From Octopus vulgaris (taxonomy: Eukaryota), in the NCBI GenBank assembly GCA_951406725.2, contig OX597815.1:207080001-207144000 (forward strand): a stretch of DNA of 64,000 bases. The letters run 5' to 3'. Shown here piece by piece: positions 38,594 through 51,526 of this stretch (position 1 is its first letter; each line of letters opens with the position of its first letter). The position numbers and the translations under genes were made by a program. Below the pieces are notes generated by a model. It had not been told where the DNA came from and searched no databases. It saw nothing but the letters and a program-made list of their open reading frames with translations.

Positions 38594-38821
38594 GTTTCTT
38601 TACTACCCACAAGGGGCTAAACACGGGACAGACAAGGACAGACAAACGGATTAAGTCGATTACATCGACCCCAGTGCGTAACTGGTACTTAATTTATCGA
38701 CCCCGAAAGGATGAAAGGCAAAGTCGACCTCGGCGGAATTTGAACTCAGAACGTAACGGCAGACGAAATACAGCTACGCATTTCGCCCTGCGTTCTAACG
38801 GCTCTGCCGGCTCGCCGCCTT
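38594..38821 (-). mobile_element. Young family-B SINE nested in an older family-B copy (~38530-38990)
   Basis: TSD-like ctag.cggttatatcg on both sides; older B sequence continues on each flank. Confidence 0.85.
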
Positions 38822-39054
38822 ATCTAGTCGGTTATATCGACTCCAGCGTAACTGGCACTTATTTCATCGGCTCCGAAAGGATGAAAGGTAATGTCAGCCT
38901 TGGTTGAATTTGAACTCAGAGCGTAAAGACAGCGAAATGGTGCTAAGCTTTTTGTTTGGAGTGCTCATGATACTGCCAGCTCACCGTCTTTGGGTATCTT
39001 ACAATAAAATTACTTCCCCGCCACCACATTCTCCTATGAAATCACTGTTATTGC

Positions 39055-39360
39055 TGTTGTTTGTTCTTTCTCGAGCCATGCCTGACTCATAAGGGCCGGT
39101 TTCCGGTTTCATTGACGTATAGGTCCTCCACCTGGACGGGATGCCAGTCTATCGCTGGAGCTGCAGTGGAGGAAACAATGAGAGAAAATTGTGGTGGAAG
39201 AGTCAGGAGTCAGCAGAAGTTCGCCATTACCTTCTGCCGGAGCCGCGTGGAGCTCAGGTGTTTCGCTCATAAACAAACACATCGATCGGTCTCAGATTCG
39301 AACCTGCGATCTATCGACTGCGAGTCTGATGCTCTAACCACTAGGCCTTGTGCCTTCACA
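39055..39360 (-). mobile_element. SINE family C
   Basis: Head and tail as at 32964; tgaaatcac on both flanks. Confidence 0.85.
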
Positions 39361-41460
39361 TGAAATCACCGTATTGTAAAATATTTTCAAAATGTTTCTT
39401 AAGCTGACAGAATGCCAGCGTTGCATTTCTCTGTAACATGGGCACCGATGCTTAAGTTAGAAGATGATATGAGAAAGTCATATCTGTGAGGCTACGAAAT
39501 GCTAAAAATTAAATCTCAAAGACAGAGTATTTTAAACAATTTTCAGAATTTTATTTTTGACAAACTGTAAAATGATACAGTTAAAAATGTAAGTACCAAA
39601 ATCTATCAAACTATTTTCTCACTAGGTTTCAATATGCAAACAACTACAAAACAATGTAATCAAACCTAACTGGCATTTATTTAGCTCTGAATATTGAAAT
39701 CTGAGCTGAGATGGGCATAAAGCCAACGAATTTTGGGAATGTGTAACTTAGAAAATCGGCCTCATTTTTTGACTGATAATAATTTTGTCTTCTGTCAAGA
39801 GGTTGAAATACAAAGTGAGATTTTGAAAGATTTAAACTACATACATAAGGGAATGTCACTGAATAAATGTGCTAATGTTAGATCTTGAAATTCTCTTCAG
39901 AGAACTGTTAAATAAATGCAGTTTAATACCATGAGAGTGAAGAGAGAGTTTAATATCAGGAGACTGAAGATCAACAGTAACACAGTATTCGTATGTTTAC
40001 TCTCAATATCCTGAAAACAATTTTTGAAAACCGTTTTCAAAATATTGCAGTATTTCTTTTGAATATGGGGATCCTCAAACACATTTTCACAGGTTTAATT
40101 AATAAGAAGGTGCATTACATATAATCTTAACAAGCTTTCCGAATTACAATTGCCTCTAAACTTGAGCATCTGTAATTAGAATTCTATAAGAAAAGACAAG
40201 GGTGTGAAAAGGATTCTTAGAGGGTTAAGGTTCTATAGATGAGTAGTGAAAATAGAAATTGGTACTGAGAGAGATAGAGGAAAGAATAGAGGAAAGGATA
40301 TGGCGATTATTGCAAACATGAACAGATATCGCAGTAGTTATGATAAAATAGACGAGAGAGAGAATCAGAAGAAAGAGTATTTGTTTGCTACAAGTTATAG
40401 AATGTTTGCGAGTGCATCTTCGGCAACCGATTTGATGGCTTTCTTTCAGATGCAGCGTGAGAAGATTTTTGTGTGTAACTGTAACATGGTTTCATGTGTG
40501 GGAATAGCATTCTATATTCGGTTTTATTTCACGTTTGTAGTGGGTTTGTAGTTATCTGAGTTGATGTCCTTTCTGACCGTAAAGATGGAGGTAAGTTTTT
40601 TTATTTTATTATTCTTTTTTACTGTGGTTATCTTTATGGCTTGGCCAGAAGAAATAACCAACCATGTATAGAAAATTTAAAAGTTTCTATGTTAAAAACG
40701 TAGACAGGATGAGGAATTACAAAGTTTCCTCGAACAAATATCATAATTTTGTGGCAGGAATAAATACATATTGATTTCATAGTTCGGAACAAAAACACAT
40801 TTTGCGTGTGGAGAGAGGTAGACAAATTGATTTTCTCCATCGCAATACTTAGGCTCGTATTGATTTTGCCGAAACCGAGAGGCAAAGTGACCCTCACCAG
40901 GATTAGAACTTAGAACGTAAAGGGAAGCAACTATATACTGATTCACCTACCATACCTCGGCCCAAGAAGATTATAAGTGAGTATTAATTGAACATCTTGG
41001 TAAGTTACAATCAATGCAGTTAGAGAAAAAATGATAGAGAGAAAAGATAGTAAGGAGAGGAAATGAAAGACATGAAAGGAGTCAATTGAAAGCTTCAAAC
41101 ACATTCACCGATTTATACAAAATTTACTGCCACCATAAGTCAAGAAATCAACGGTGTACAATAAACTCGACTCTTTCCTTTCAAAAAAGAACACATAAAA
41201 GGAAAATGTTATTTTTTTTGTTTTATTTTTTTACTTTACGTTCCTTTGAACATTTTTCTTCAAGACACTTTTACGATTGGCTTCGATATTGTGCTTATTA
41301 CTGAATATATCTATAAATTCTAGCCAACACCACACACGCACACACACATCTATTCACAGTACATATAAATCAATGTCTTTATATAAATATCGATCTTCGC
41401 AGGCAGAGAGGTATCGGCCGAACTAGTTTCAGTCCTGTGCTGGGATCTTATGGCAGACAA

Positions 41461-41729
41461 GGGTAGAAAGGGCTCCTTAGCCGTAGTGAAGGCAATCTAT
41501 CTAGGGAGATAACCTTACAATAAATCACTGGGTCCGTAGCTTAGAAATACTGGGTTGACGTCCAGCGGGAACAGCTTTGTTTCATGGAGGAGGAAAGATC
41601 TTCTTTAGTACTTGGTTGTACAATGCTTTCCAATGTGTGTAGTAGTGGCGCGCGCACACATTATTAGCCATTTGAAAAGACTATGAAAGTCTCGACCACG
41701 GTCGAACAATGATGATGATGATGATGATG
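41461..41729 (+). mobile_element. RTE-derived bipartite non-autonomous retroposon
   Basis: 11-bp TSD atggcagacaa; 5' ctccttagcc..ggcaatctatctagggag resembles the RTE 5'-UTR motif; (GAT)n tail. Confidence 0.7.
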
Positions 41730-42182
41730 ATGGCAGACAAAATACATTCTTTGACTGTCCGCTAAGGTGCTGCTTATAAATTCACTATTCCTATGAGTAA
41801 ATGGAACTCATCGATTTTATATATAACATATTCTCGGCAACTAGTTTGATTGGTAAACTAAACAGAGTTTTGATTTAATTTTATACTGTACAACCAAGGA
41901 CTAGATTTAGTGTGTCTGATATCGTTATATCTTTTCACAAGGGTAGTGCATAGGAAGACTAGGTGTTTACCCCCTTTTATACATATAGTTTTGGCTAAAA
42001 TCTGTAAGCGTATCTCTGTAGTACAGTATATCTCTATCTGATGTATTTTTACACAGAGGTCATGCTGCTTAAATTTTCTCCATGTATTGCTATCGTTCAG
42101 ATATTTTGATACAATAATTAAGGTAAGTTCCAACTGAAGTATTTTTAAGTGCGATATTTACCTGTTACCTTGTTACAGGTAC

Positions 42183-42380
42183 GGCGGCGAGCTGGTTGAA
42201 ATGATAGTACGCCGGACAAAATGCATGACAGCACATTTTCAGACTCAATACATCCTGAGTTCACAGTTTGTCGAGATCAGCTTTGCCTTTCATTCTTTCA
42301 GGATCAAGTACTGGGAGCCGGTGTAATCGGAGCACCTCCAACTTTAACATTTCCTGGCCTTTTGCCAAAATTTGTTACCA
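42183..42380 (+). mobile_element. Older SINE family B monomer
   Basis: ggcggcgagctgg head; diverged core. Confidence 0.7.
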
Positions 42381-42486
42381 TTACTTAGTTGCAAGTATGT
42401 TTGTATGGTTCAGATTCCGTTAATGTAAGTTCATTTATTGTAAATACGTTCATATCACGTGGATTCTATTGGTATAAGTTATTTTG

Positions 42487-42656
42487 GCGTTCTGAGTTCA
42501 AATTCCGCCGAGGTCAACTTTGCCTTTCATCCTTTCGGGGTCGATAGATTAAGTACCAGTTACGCATTGGGGTCGATATAATCGACTTAATCCGTTTGTC
42601 TGTCCTCGTTTGTCCTCTCTGTGTTTAGCCCCTTGTGGGTAGTAAAGAAATAGGTA
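42487..42656 (+). mobile_element. 5'-truncated family-B unit
   Basis: Unit ends aagaaataggtat, running into the first bases of a next unit. Confidence 0.88.
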
Positions 42657-43345
42657 TATGTTATTTTGTTGGAAGCATATGCATATGACGCGAATTCCAT
42701 TGGTAAATGTAGAAAAATGTGAACAGCCTTCAAAATGAAAAAATAAAATACGTAACACGATCAGTGTTAGTCAAAACGTTTTATTAATGTTTTTTCAGCA
42801 ACTCGCCAAGCATGCTTGCTTCTTTATCTTACAATTCGGACTTAAACATGCTTCACTTCACATGAAACTAACTGGTTGTCGCTCCCATGCGACGATTAAA
42901 ATAAGAAAAATGGCTTCTGTGTGGTATGTCAGTTGCTATTCCATATTTCAAGTCAGTCACGATTAAATGTGTTTATAGCTTATATAAAACTGAAAAGGAA
43001 TTTCCTGAAATATAAAGAAAATATATGTAAAAATATTCGCATAAATAAAAGTATAAGTTATGGAGAAGGAAATTATGTAAAAAGTAATAAAAAATGAAAT
43101 TCTTTTGGAGACATGAAATTTGCCCAGGCAAATAATCTATTCAGAATAACTAGCCCGTGATGACATATTGTCAGGCCGAGCACCGGTAAGCCAAAGTGTC
43201 TGAGATGCAGTGAAATTGTGTCGGTTACAAGGTTACAGAAGTGCAACGAGGCAAATTTCCTCTTCACAACAGACTGGAAAATTAAGAAATAAACTAAAAG
43301 TAAATAAAGCAGAAATCTGTGTAAGTTTATTTGGCTAAGATGTCT

Positions 43346-43378
<33 letters not shown>

Positions 43379-43379
43379 A

Positions 43380-43505
43380 AAAGACGAAGACAGTTGATGT
43401 ACAAAACAAACAGGTGTATTAGTATAACGCTCAGGAATAGAAAAAGTCTTTTACGTTTCGAGCCTACGCTCTTCTACAGAAAGGGACACAAAAAAAAACA
43501 AGGAG
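43380..43505 (-). mobile_element. Penelope-like terminal-repeat relic, family H1
   Basis: Reverse complement of the 3697-3872 family. Confidence 0.7.
43447..43483 (-). ncRNA. Minimal hammerhead-like motif, A6U variant
   Basis: CTTT-CTGTAGA-A-GAGC(gtag)GCTC-GAAA-CG-TA-AAAG. Confidence 0.68.
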
Positions 43506-43510
43506 AGATT

Positions 43511-44214
43511 CTTTGTAGATTCAGCTTAGAGTTGTGACAATGCTGGATCACTACTGTTTTGCTACACTCTTATTAATGAGAGCCTCCTCTAATATGTGGT
43601 ACTTTGTGAAGAATGGAGTTTGATGTAGCTACCTGCATTTGCACCTCTTGCTGTGAGGTAGGTTCATCTGGGACTCTCGACAGGAAGAGGCCCAGCCTTG
43701 ATTTAAAAACGCCTACATCTACTTTGTGCAGGTTCCTCAGGCTCTTTGGGAGAATATTAAAAAGCTGTGGGCTCCTGAAACCCAGGCTGTTGCAGTAACT
43801 GGTCCTGAAGCGCGATATCATTGCTGGGATCTTTGGCATTGTGCAGTGTCGACCCCTTCTGGCATTGGTCTAGTTTTCAATGCCAAAATTTGGCACAATT
43901 CCTTCCAGGATCTTCCAGATGTATATTACTGCATACCTCTCCTGCCTTCGCTCCAGGGAATATAGACTTAGCTGTTTTAACCTTTCCCAGTAGCTGAGCA
44001 GTTGCTACTGCTCAGAGACGATCTTCTTTGTGAAGCTTTGCTGCATTGCTTCAAGGTCTGCTGTTTATTTTACACTGTTGGTTGACCATAGCTGGGAGCA
44101 GTAATCCAGGCGGCTAAGGAGGAATGTCCTCCAGAGGACCATCATGGTTTCCTTATCTCTGGTTATGAATGTTCTCAGGATCCATCCAGCCAGTCCTATG
44201 CACTTTGTCGCCAC
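43511..44214 (-). mobile_element. CR1-like LINE 3' portion (ORF2 C-terminus + 3' UTR)
   Basis: GWILRTFITRDKETMMVLWRTFLLSRLDYCSQLWS; PQLFNILPKSLRNL..FKSRL..FLSRVPDEP. Confidence 0.88.
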
Positions 44215-44766
44215 CCTCCTTCTTCCCCTGCCTCCCCGTCCTCCTCCCTCTTCCCCACTAATTTTTCCAAGTACTGCTTTTACGAAATGTCCTGAAAAAG
44301 AGGTCGTTACCCCGAAATATAGAAATACAAGGTAAAGCTGCAACCTTGTTTTCTTTTCTTTTCCCTTTGTAGTTTACTTTATACCTTCTCGATCTGTTGT
44401 GTGTGGGCATGCGCGCGCATGCGCGTGCATATGTGCGTGTGAAGGCACGTGGCCTAGCCTAGCGGTCAGACTTGCACTCACGATCATTAAATTGCAGTAT
44501 CCGATTCACAGACCACCTTGTGTTCTTGAGAAAACAATTCATTTTACGTTCCACAGTCTTCTTTCAATTAAGTGGGGGTGTTCGCCTGCTCGCCTAACTA
44601 GCGGGGTGACGTCATTCGATGATTAAACTGGTGCAAAGCGCATTGTGACCAGCGATGTATAACATAACAACATCTGATAATCTCGTTGGTCACGTGATCA
44701 TATATAAATATATATATATATATACACATACATATGTATATATATATATATATATATATTCGTTTT

Positions 44767-44824
<58 letters not shown>

Positions 44825-44866
44825 CACATACATATGTATATATATATATATGTATATATATTCGTG

Positions 44867-45250
44867 TGGAGGCGCAATGGCCCAGTTAGGGCAGCGGACT
44901 CGCGGTCGTAGGATCGCGGTTTCGATTCCCAGACCGGGCGTTGTGAGTGTTTATTGAGCGAAAACACCTAAAGCTCCACGAGGCTCCGGCAGGGGATGGT
45001 GGTGATCCCTGCTGTACTCTTTCACCACAACTTTCTCTCACTCTTACTTCCTGTTTCTGTTGTACCTGTATTTCAATGGGCCGGCCTTGTCACTCTCTGT
45101 GTCACGCTGAATATCCCTGAGAACTACGTTAAGGGTACACGTGTCTGTGGAGTGCTCAGCCACTTACACGTTAATTTCACGAGCAGGCTGTTCCGTTGAT
45201 TCGGATCAACCGGAACCCTCGTCGTCGTAACCGACGGAGTGCTTCCAATC
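44867..45250 (+). mobile_element. Chimeric SINE (family C head + family D tail)
   Basis: Nearly identical to 25091-25474. Confidence 0.9.
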
Positions 45251-45899
45251 CAATATATATTCGTATATTCGTTTTTATATATATATACACCTATATATAT
45301 ACTCATATATACATATGTGTATATATATATACATATACACACACACATTCACACACGTTCACAAACATTCATATATGTGCGTGTATGCGTGTGTGCGTGT
45401 GCGTAGGGTGTACACACGTATACATATGACTACATAGGCAGTTATTTCACCTCGTTACATATATATGCAACTATTGCTTTTAAGGAATAGCTGAGCAGGA
45501 ATATGCATGTAATATGACATACGAATATTTTGAAATACTATCTGCATATTACGCGTAATGCTATGTTACATCTGCACATACACATTTACACATATAGATA
45601 CATAAGCATAAATTCTGCATAGACACACATATACACATACATATGCATGTGTGTGCGTATACGTGTGTGTGTGTGTGTGTGTGTGTGTGTCTTAATTAAC
45701 TGTCATGCGTTAGAACCTGGCGACGGTTAAGTCTAGCAGTCATTACAGCTAAGTTACATAATAAATAATAAATGAATGTTTGAAAGCTTTATTGTTAAGT
45801 AAATGAACAATTGAAGAAATGCGACGATAAATGGATGCTGGGGCCAATGCAAGGCATGTAACAAAATATGTATGAAATAAGCAATGTTATGTTTGAGAA

Positions 45900-46900
45900 G
45901 ATTTATAAAATCTAGCTTACCGTGCTGTATCAGACACCGAATTTAATACAGGATGTTGACACAAGTATTTTAACATCTATTTATCCGGTCGATCTTGCTT
46001 CGATTTGCCTCAGTCGATCACACGACCCATCATAGCATTTGAGAGATCATCAGGCAACATCCTAAGGCTATACAATGCCGATTACTGAATGAATTTACTG
46101 GTGGCAGACCTGTGTTTATTATATACTAGCAGTATCACCCGGCGTTGCTCAGGTTTGTTTCGACCCTTTACTTTAGAATTGGAATTTTTGAAAAGTAAAA
46201 ATTGCGCATTATGTAGCTTGTTATTCTCTTTAAGCGAACATTTTTCTGGTTGAAATACACCGAAACATGGCGACACAGCAGTCAAAAAATCGTAAATTAA
46301 AGGGCAAAAGACATAGTCAATGCAGATTATCATCATCTGAATAATCGGGTAAGGAATAGATATCGAAGAAACCAGTATCTCTGTCGAATGACCATCCTTT
46401 TACTCTTGTGACCCTGCAGAGCATCGTTCTGCAGCTATTACTAGTTCAAGTACACCCTATGTTAAATAGATGCATTCCATTTTTCTTTGGTGCATAAATT
46501 CGAGGGCTTTACAGAAGTTTTAGCTCTTAATTCCTTTCGGATTGTAAAGATCTTTTCAAAAGTTGACCGATTCTGCTGAATCCATTTCAATGTCTTCGCA
46601 AGTCCTTCTCAAATTGTGGCTGTAGACGTTTAAGCAACAATTTCTGGTTGGTTTTGTTGCTAACGCTGCAAAAGTAATCATTCTGTAAATTATAGCTTAA
46701 ATTACCTTTGCGGAGAAACGAAAGAGTGCAGCTCCCAGTCGATTTCTCAATTGGGTTTTGACTGTATACTACATTAAAAAAGTTCTGAAAGAAAATATTA
46801 TTGAATGACTCCATTCCAGTTTCCTTATTATATATTATCATAACCAACTGTTTTACTGTTTTTGATCCTTTGCAGTACTTCCACGAATCAGTTCATTTGA
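45900..46900 (-). pseudogene. RTE-clade reverse transcriptase relic, interrupted by a Helitron end
   Basis: LRKGNL..KLLLKRLQPQFEKDLRRH*NGF, and DTGFFDI downstream; many stops and frameshifts. Confidence 0.7.
46126..46310 (-). mobile_element. Helitron 3' fragment
   Basis: Reverse complement ends cctgagcaacgccgggtgatactgCTAG|T, the same terminus as the 24411/31519 copies. Confidence 0.8.
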
Positions 46901-47092
46901 TATGAAATCACCATGTTATACGTCAAGGTCATGATTATTAGCAGTTTCTAATGAAAATCTGAAACTGCCTCAGCACTCTGGAATTGTTCCTTCTACATAT
47001 TATTCGCTTGTAGTTTTTAGTTTCAACGTCCCTCTACTTTTTCTGCCACTACAGTTCATGTATGTATGTATGTATGTATGTATGTATGTATG

Positions 47093-47124
<32 letters not shown>

Positions 47125-47340
47125 GTTAATCCAAACATGAAAACACAAAGAGAAAATACAACAACGCGAGAACGGGGAATAGGTATATGGTTATTAGACG
47201 CTCAGGAAATGAAAGAAAGAAGGAGGATTTAACGTTTCGAACGGAACTCTTCGTCTGAAACATCGGAAAAGGAAAGATCCAAGGAAGAGAAGACGGAGGA
47301 AAAAAAATCGCCAACGGTACACACCCGGTCACATTTTGAA
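47125..47340 (-). mobile_element. Penelope-like terminal-repeat relic with degenerate hammerhead (47228-47261)
   Basis: TTT-CAGACGA-A-GAG(ttccg)TTC-GAAA-CG-TT-AAA followed by cctgagcg; A at core position 6. Confidence 0.6.
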
Positions 47341-47384
47341 TATATATCTATGTATGTACAATATTATGACTATTCGTTGAGGTA

Positions 47385-47986
47385 GTTACTCAACAACTCG
47401 AATGTGGACGTAATATACCTTGATTTTGCAAAAGCTTTTGACAAAGTAGATCATGGTATGATATTCCACAAACTGCGTGATCTCGGCATAGCTGGGAAAC
47501 TTGGAGAGTGGTTACATGACTTTCTGAAAGATAGAAGTCAGGCAGAAGTGGCCGATGGAGCCACTTCAATGAAAACAAAAATAGTGAGCGATGTTCCACA
47601 GGGCTCTCTCTTGGGACCACTGCTTTTCATAGCGGACCTCTCAGATATGCCCTCATCTGCCCGGATAGCCACCCTTGCTAGCTATGCAGACGATACGAAA
47701 GTCTCGCAGAAAATACAGAACCCCAGCGATGTTGCACATCTACAGCAGGAGTTGGACTCAATTTACAGATGAGCTGAGGATAATAAAATGCAGTTTAATG
47801 CTGAAAAATTCCAAGCCCTGTGCTACCAGTGTCCAAAACTAAATATAAAACTTACAGGGTACACTGGTCTACAGAGAATTACAATCCCAGAGCCTAAATC
47901 AGTGAGGGACCTGGGTATCGACATGACTGATGATACCTTTTTCCAAGTGCATATTACCAGGATGGTGACAAAGTGCATACGACTGG
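47385..47986 (+). pseudogene. CR1-like LINE reverse transcriptase fragment
   Basis: VDVIYLDFAKAFDKVDHG, VPQGSLLGPLLF, YADDTK, MQFNAEKF, VRDLGI; internal stop. Confidence 0.93.
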
Positions 47987-48593
47987 TGCAGAAATTGCGC
48001 AATTGTTATTTAAATGGATTACTGAAACCTAGGTAAGGTATGATTAGATAGAAATATCAACAATGTTGTTTTTCTTGTTAATTTTCCCGCTCCAAACTTA
48101 CATAATTACAAAGCCCAAAGGTTGCCTTAACTTGAACAAAAGACTTGCACTTTGCTAGTGAAAGGATAGTATTTTGCAAAAGAAATACATTTATATCTTA
48201 CAGAAATAAAAAGACCTTTGGACACCATTTCATCAAACCACATTGAATTTAAACTAACATTCTTTAGGTCTACAAATTTCTTTTGAATATATTACAAAAG
48301 GCTAAACATGCTTCTCAGAAATATGGAAATAGTGCTTGTAGTTAATGTGCTTCTGCCGCCACAAAACAAAATATTTGTTCAACTGTTTTGAATTACGTAA
48401 CTGTTGAAAACCGTATATTCGCATCATATCGTAATAATGCACGTTCTCAGCAAAAACTTAGATATTTCTTAGTATAACGTAAATACAAACAAGTTGATAT
48501 CTTTGTCATCGTGTGACAGGTAACATCGTCACTCTGACTACACGAAACAGCCCTGCATTGCATACCTGCTTATTCAATAGCTTTGTAATCTAT

Positions 48594-48710
48594 AGGAGTG
48601 GCTGTGTGTTAAGAAGTTTGCTTCCCAGCCACATGGTTACGGGTTCAATCCCATTGCGTGGCGCCTTTTGAGTGGATTTGGTAGACGGAAACCGAAAGAA
48701 GCTCGTTGTA
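48594..48710 (+). mobile_element. SINE family A 5' fragment
   Basis: ggagtggctgtgtg..gggttcaatccc..gagtggatttggtagacgg. Confidence 0.8.
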
Positions 48711-48802
48711 TATATATATCTGTTTATTGTCTACACCACCAGTCTTCGTCTGTTGTTGTTTTTTTGTGAATTCTCCCCCTATATGTATATATACATATAT
48801 AT

Positions 48803-49659
48803 GGAAGGTCTGATCAATAAGTATCCGGACTGTTGTCATAGTAACAAAGCTAAAGCATGCCCAGTAAAACTGCTAGGCAAAGAGTGACCTTGAACATAAC
48901 TGTGCATACGCACTAAGTTTTAACGGTCTAGCTCACTTCCGCCGTTTATAGCAGTGCTTGGAAGAAACGTGTGCAGCGCGTGATCGTCGCGATTCTTGCT
49001 CAGAGGCATACGCAAAGTGGTAAAAAGTGTATGGAGAGGACTGTTTGAGCCGCACACAAATTTACGTGTGGTCCAGATGTTTCCAAGATGACCGAAAAAA
49101 TCGATATTCACGAACGTTGCGGGAGACCCGCAACCAGCGGAACTGAGAAAAACACTACAAATGTGCGTGCAGCTGTGAGGGGAAATCGTCGAATTACAAT
49201 CTGTGAGCTATCAGAGGATATGCAGATTAGTTACCGTTCAGTTCAATCCATTATCACTGAAGGTTTGGGTATGAGATGCGTATCTGCCTAGTTTATGCTA
49301 AAACTGTTTTCAGCAGACCAAAATCACACTTGGGTTTCAGTTGTAAAAGATCTCCTTGATTGTGTCGTGAACGATGAAACCTCTTTGAAAACTTTGCGTA
49401 GGCCTCTGAGCAGGTGTCACCAAGCTTTTGGCGAAATTCGATGCAGATTCTCTGCTCATATTTATCTATCATGGTCAATGCGACGATCACACGCTACACA
49501 CATTCCTTGCAAGCACTGCTGTAAACAACTTAAATGAGCCAGGGCGTTAAAACTTAGTGCCCATGCACAACAATGTTTAAGGTCAATTTGTGCTAAGCGA
49601 CTTTATTTACATATATTAGCTTCGTTACTATGGCAAGACTCCGGATACTTATTGATGAG
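48803..49659. mobile_element. Mariner-derived element made of two inverted 5' ends (long inverted repeats)
   Basis: ~180-bp inverted arms 48810-48990 / 49478-49657; plus strand encodes HTH region (GRP..NRRITICELSEDMQISYRSVQSII..LGMRCVSA); minus strand encodes the start (EQRICI..KLG). Confidence 0.85.
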
Positions 49660-49689
49660 TATAACATGTGACAATTATTCGGTAGTCAT

Positions 49690-49750
49690 GATAAAACTCC
49701 GAGTTTCGGATGTTGGGGCGGAAACCCACGCCCGCATCTCTTCAGTTATC
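49690..49750 (-). ncRNA. Near-canonical type I hammerhead motif (family H2)
   Basis: GATAA-CTGAAGA-GATG c GGGCG(tgggtttc)CGCCC caa CATC-C-GAAA-CTCGGAG-TT-TTATC. Confidence 0.75.
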
Positions 49751-50092
49751 GGGCCATGAAAAAAATGCGTTGAAAATGACCGTTAAACAAAGGGAAATTA
49801 CTGTGTGATTGACCGTTATTAAGACAAAAGAGCTATTTGAATGACCGCTAAGTAAGGGGAGGGAGTAAAGGTAAGGGAGTAGAAATGTTCATAGCAATCG
49901 CGTAAGCGCGCATGTCAATACATACACATGCACGCCTGCACACCCAAGTGCATGTGCCTATATGTATATACTCATCCATCCTCACTTGAAACACACACAT
50001 ACTAAGTTACGGTCACGTAAACACATCAACATCGGTTGTAAACGATGGTAGTGGGGACAAACACAAAAAAAGACGTATACATACATGCATAC

Positions 50093-50158
<66 letters not shown>

Positions 50159-50834
50159 GTGTGTGTGTATGTATGTAGTTATGTATGTATATGTGTGTGT
50201 GTTTGTGTGTGTGTGTTGTCCCCATGTTCCTTACCAGGCCTGAAAAAGGTACTGGTGTCGATTCGCCTGACTAAACTTTTTCAAGGCACTGAACCAACAT
50301 GGCCGCAGTTTAATGTCTGAAACAAGTGATAGATAAAAGATATTCGGAATATAAAGCTGTCTCATTTTATAAACTGATGGCTTGAAAATCAGTAAATGCG
50401 AAATTAATAGGCGCAATGTTTCTAATTAGAACTTAAAATAAACTTCACACACATATATAAGTACGTACATATATGAGTGTGTATGTGTGTATGTATTTGT
50501 CCATGTGTATATGTATGTGCATACATACATGCATTATCTTGTACAAACAAACGGATGTGTGTCTCCATGTGCGTAGGCATAGTCTACAATATGCATTTGT
50601 TTCCCTGTATTTTTTTTGTCTGCTTGTACATTAGATGCGTAGGTCGTGGGTGAATTACGAAATATCTATTGGTAGTTTCTAGTATTTACTTCCTATGAGT
50701 CTTAGTGTGGTTGACAACAAATTAGAGGGGCGTGTGAAATAGGAAGAGAGTAATGAAGGGAGGAGAGGATCAGAAGTCGGATAAGATAGTGGGAAGAAAC
50801 ACTCGTACACATACAGATGCATAGATAATATATA

Positions 50835-51291
<457 letters not shown>

Positions 51292-51296
<5 letters not shown>

Positions 51297-51427
51297 ATAT
51301 GTACAATTACTCAATAGTCAAGATAAATTAATTTCAGATGCCGAAGAGATGGTGTTGTGGATTTCCACTTCGGCATCTGAAACTCAGAGTTTTATCTTGA
51401 CTATTGAGTAATTGTACATATTATTTT
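51292..51427. mobile_element. Palindromic family-H2 terminal-repeat relic folded back at the hammerhead core
   Basis: aataatatgtacaattactcaatagtcaagataaa..tttcagatgccgaag / cttcggcatctgaaa..tttatcttgactattgagtaattgtacatattatt. Confidence 0.8.
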
Positions 51428-51526
51428 ATAGATAAATTTCCTCTATTTACATAATATTGAGGTCTCTTTCTTTCTTTTGTTATTTTACCGTTTTTACCAA
51501 TATATATATATATATATATATATACA

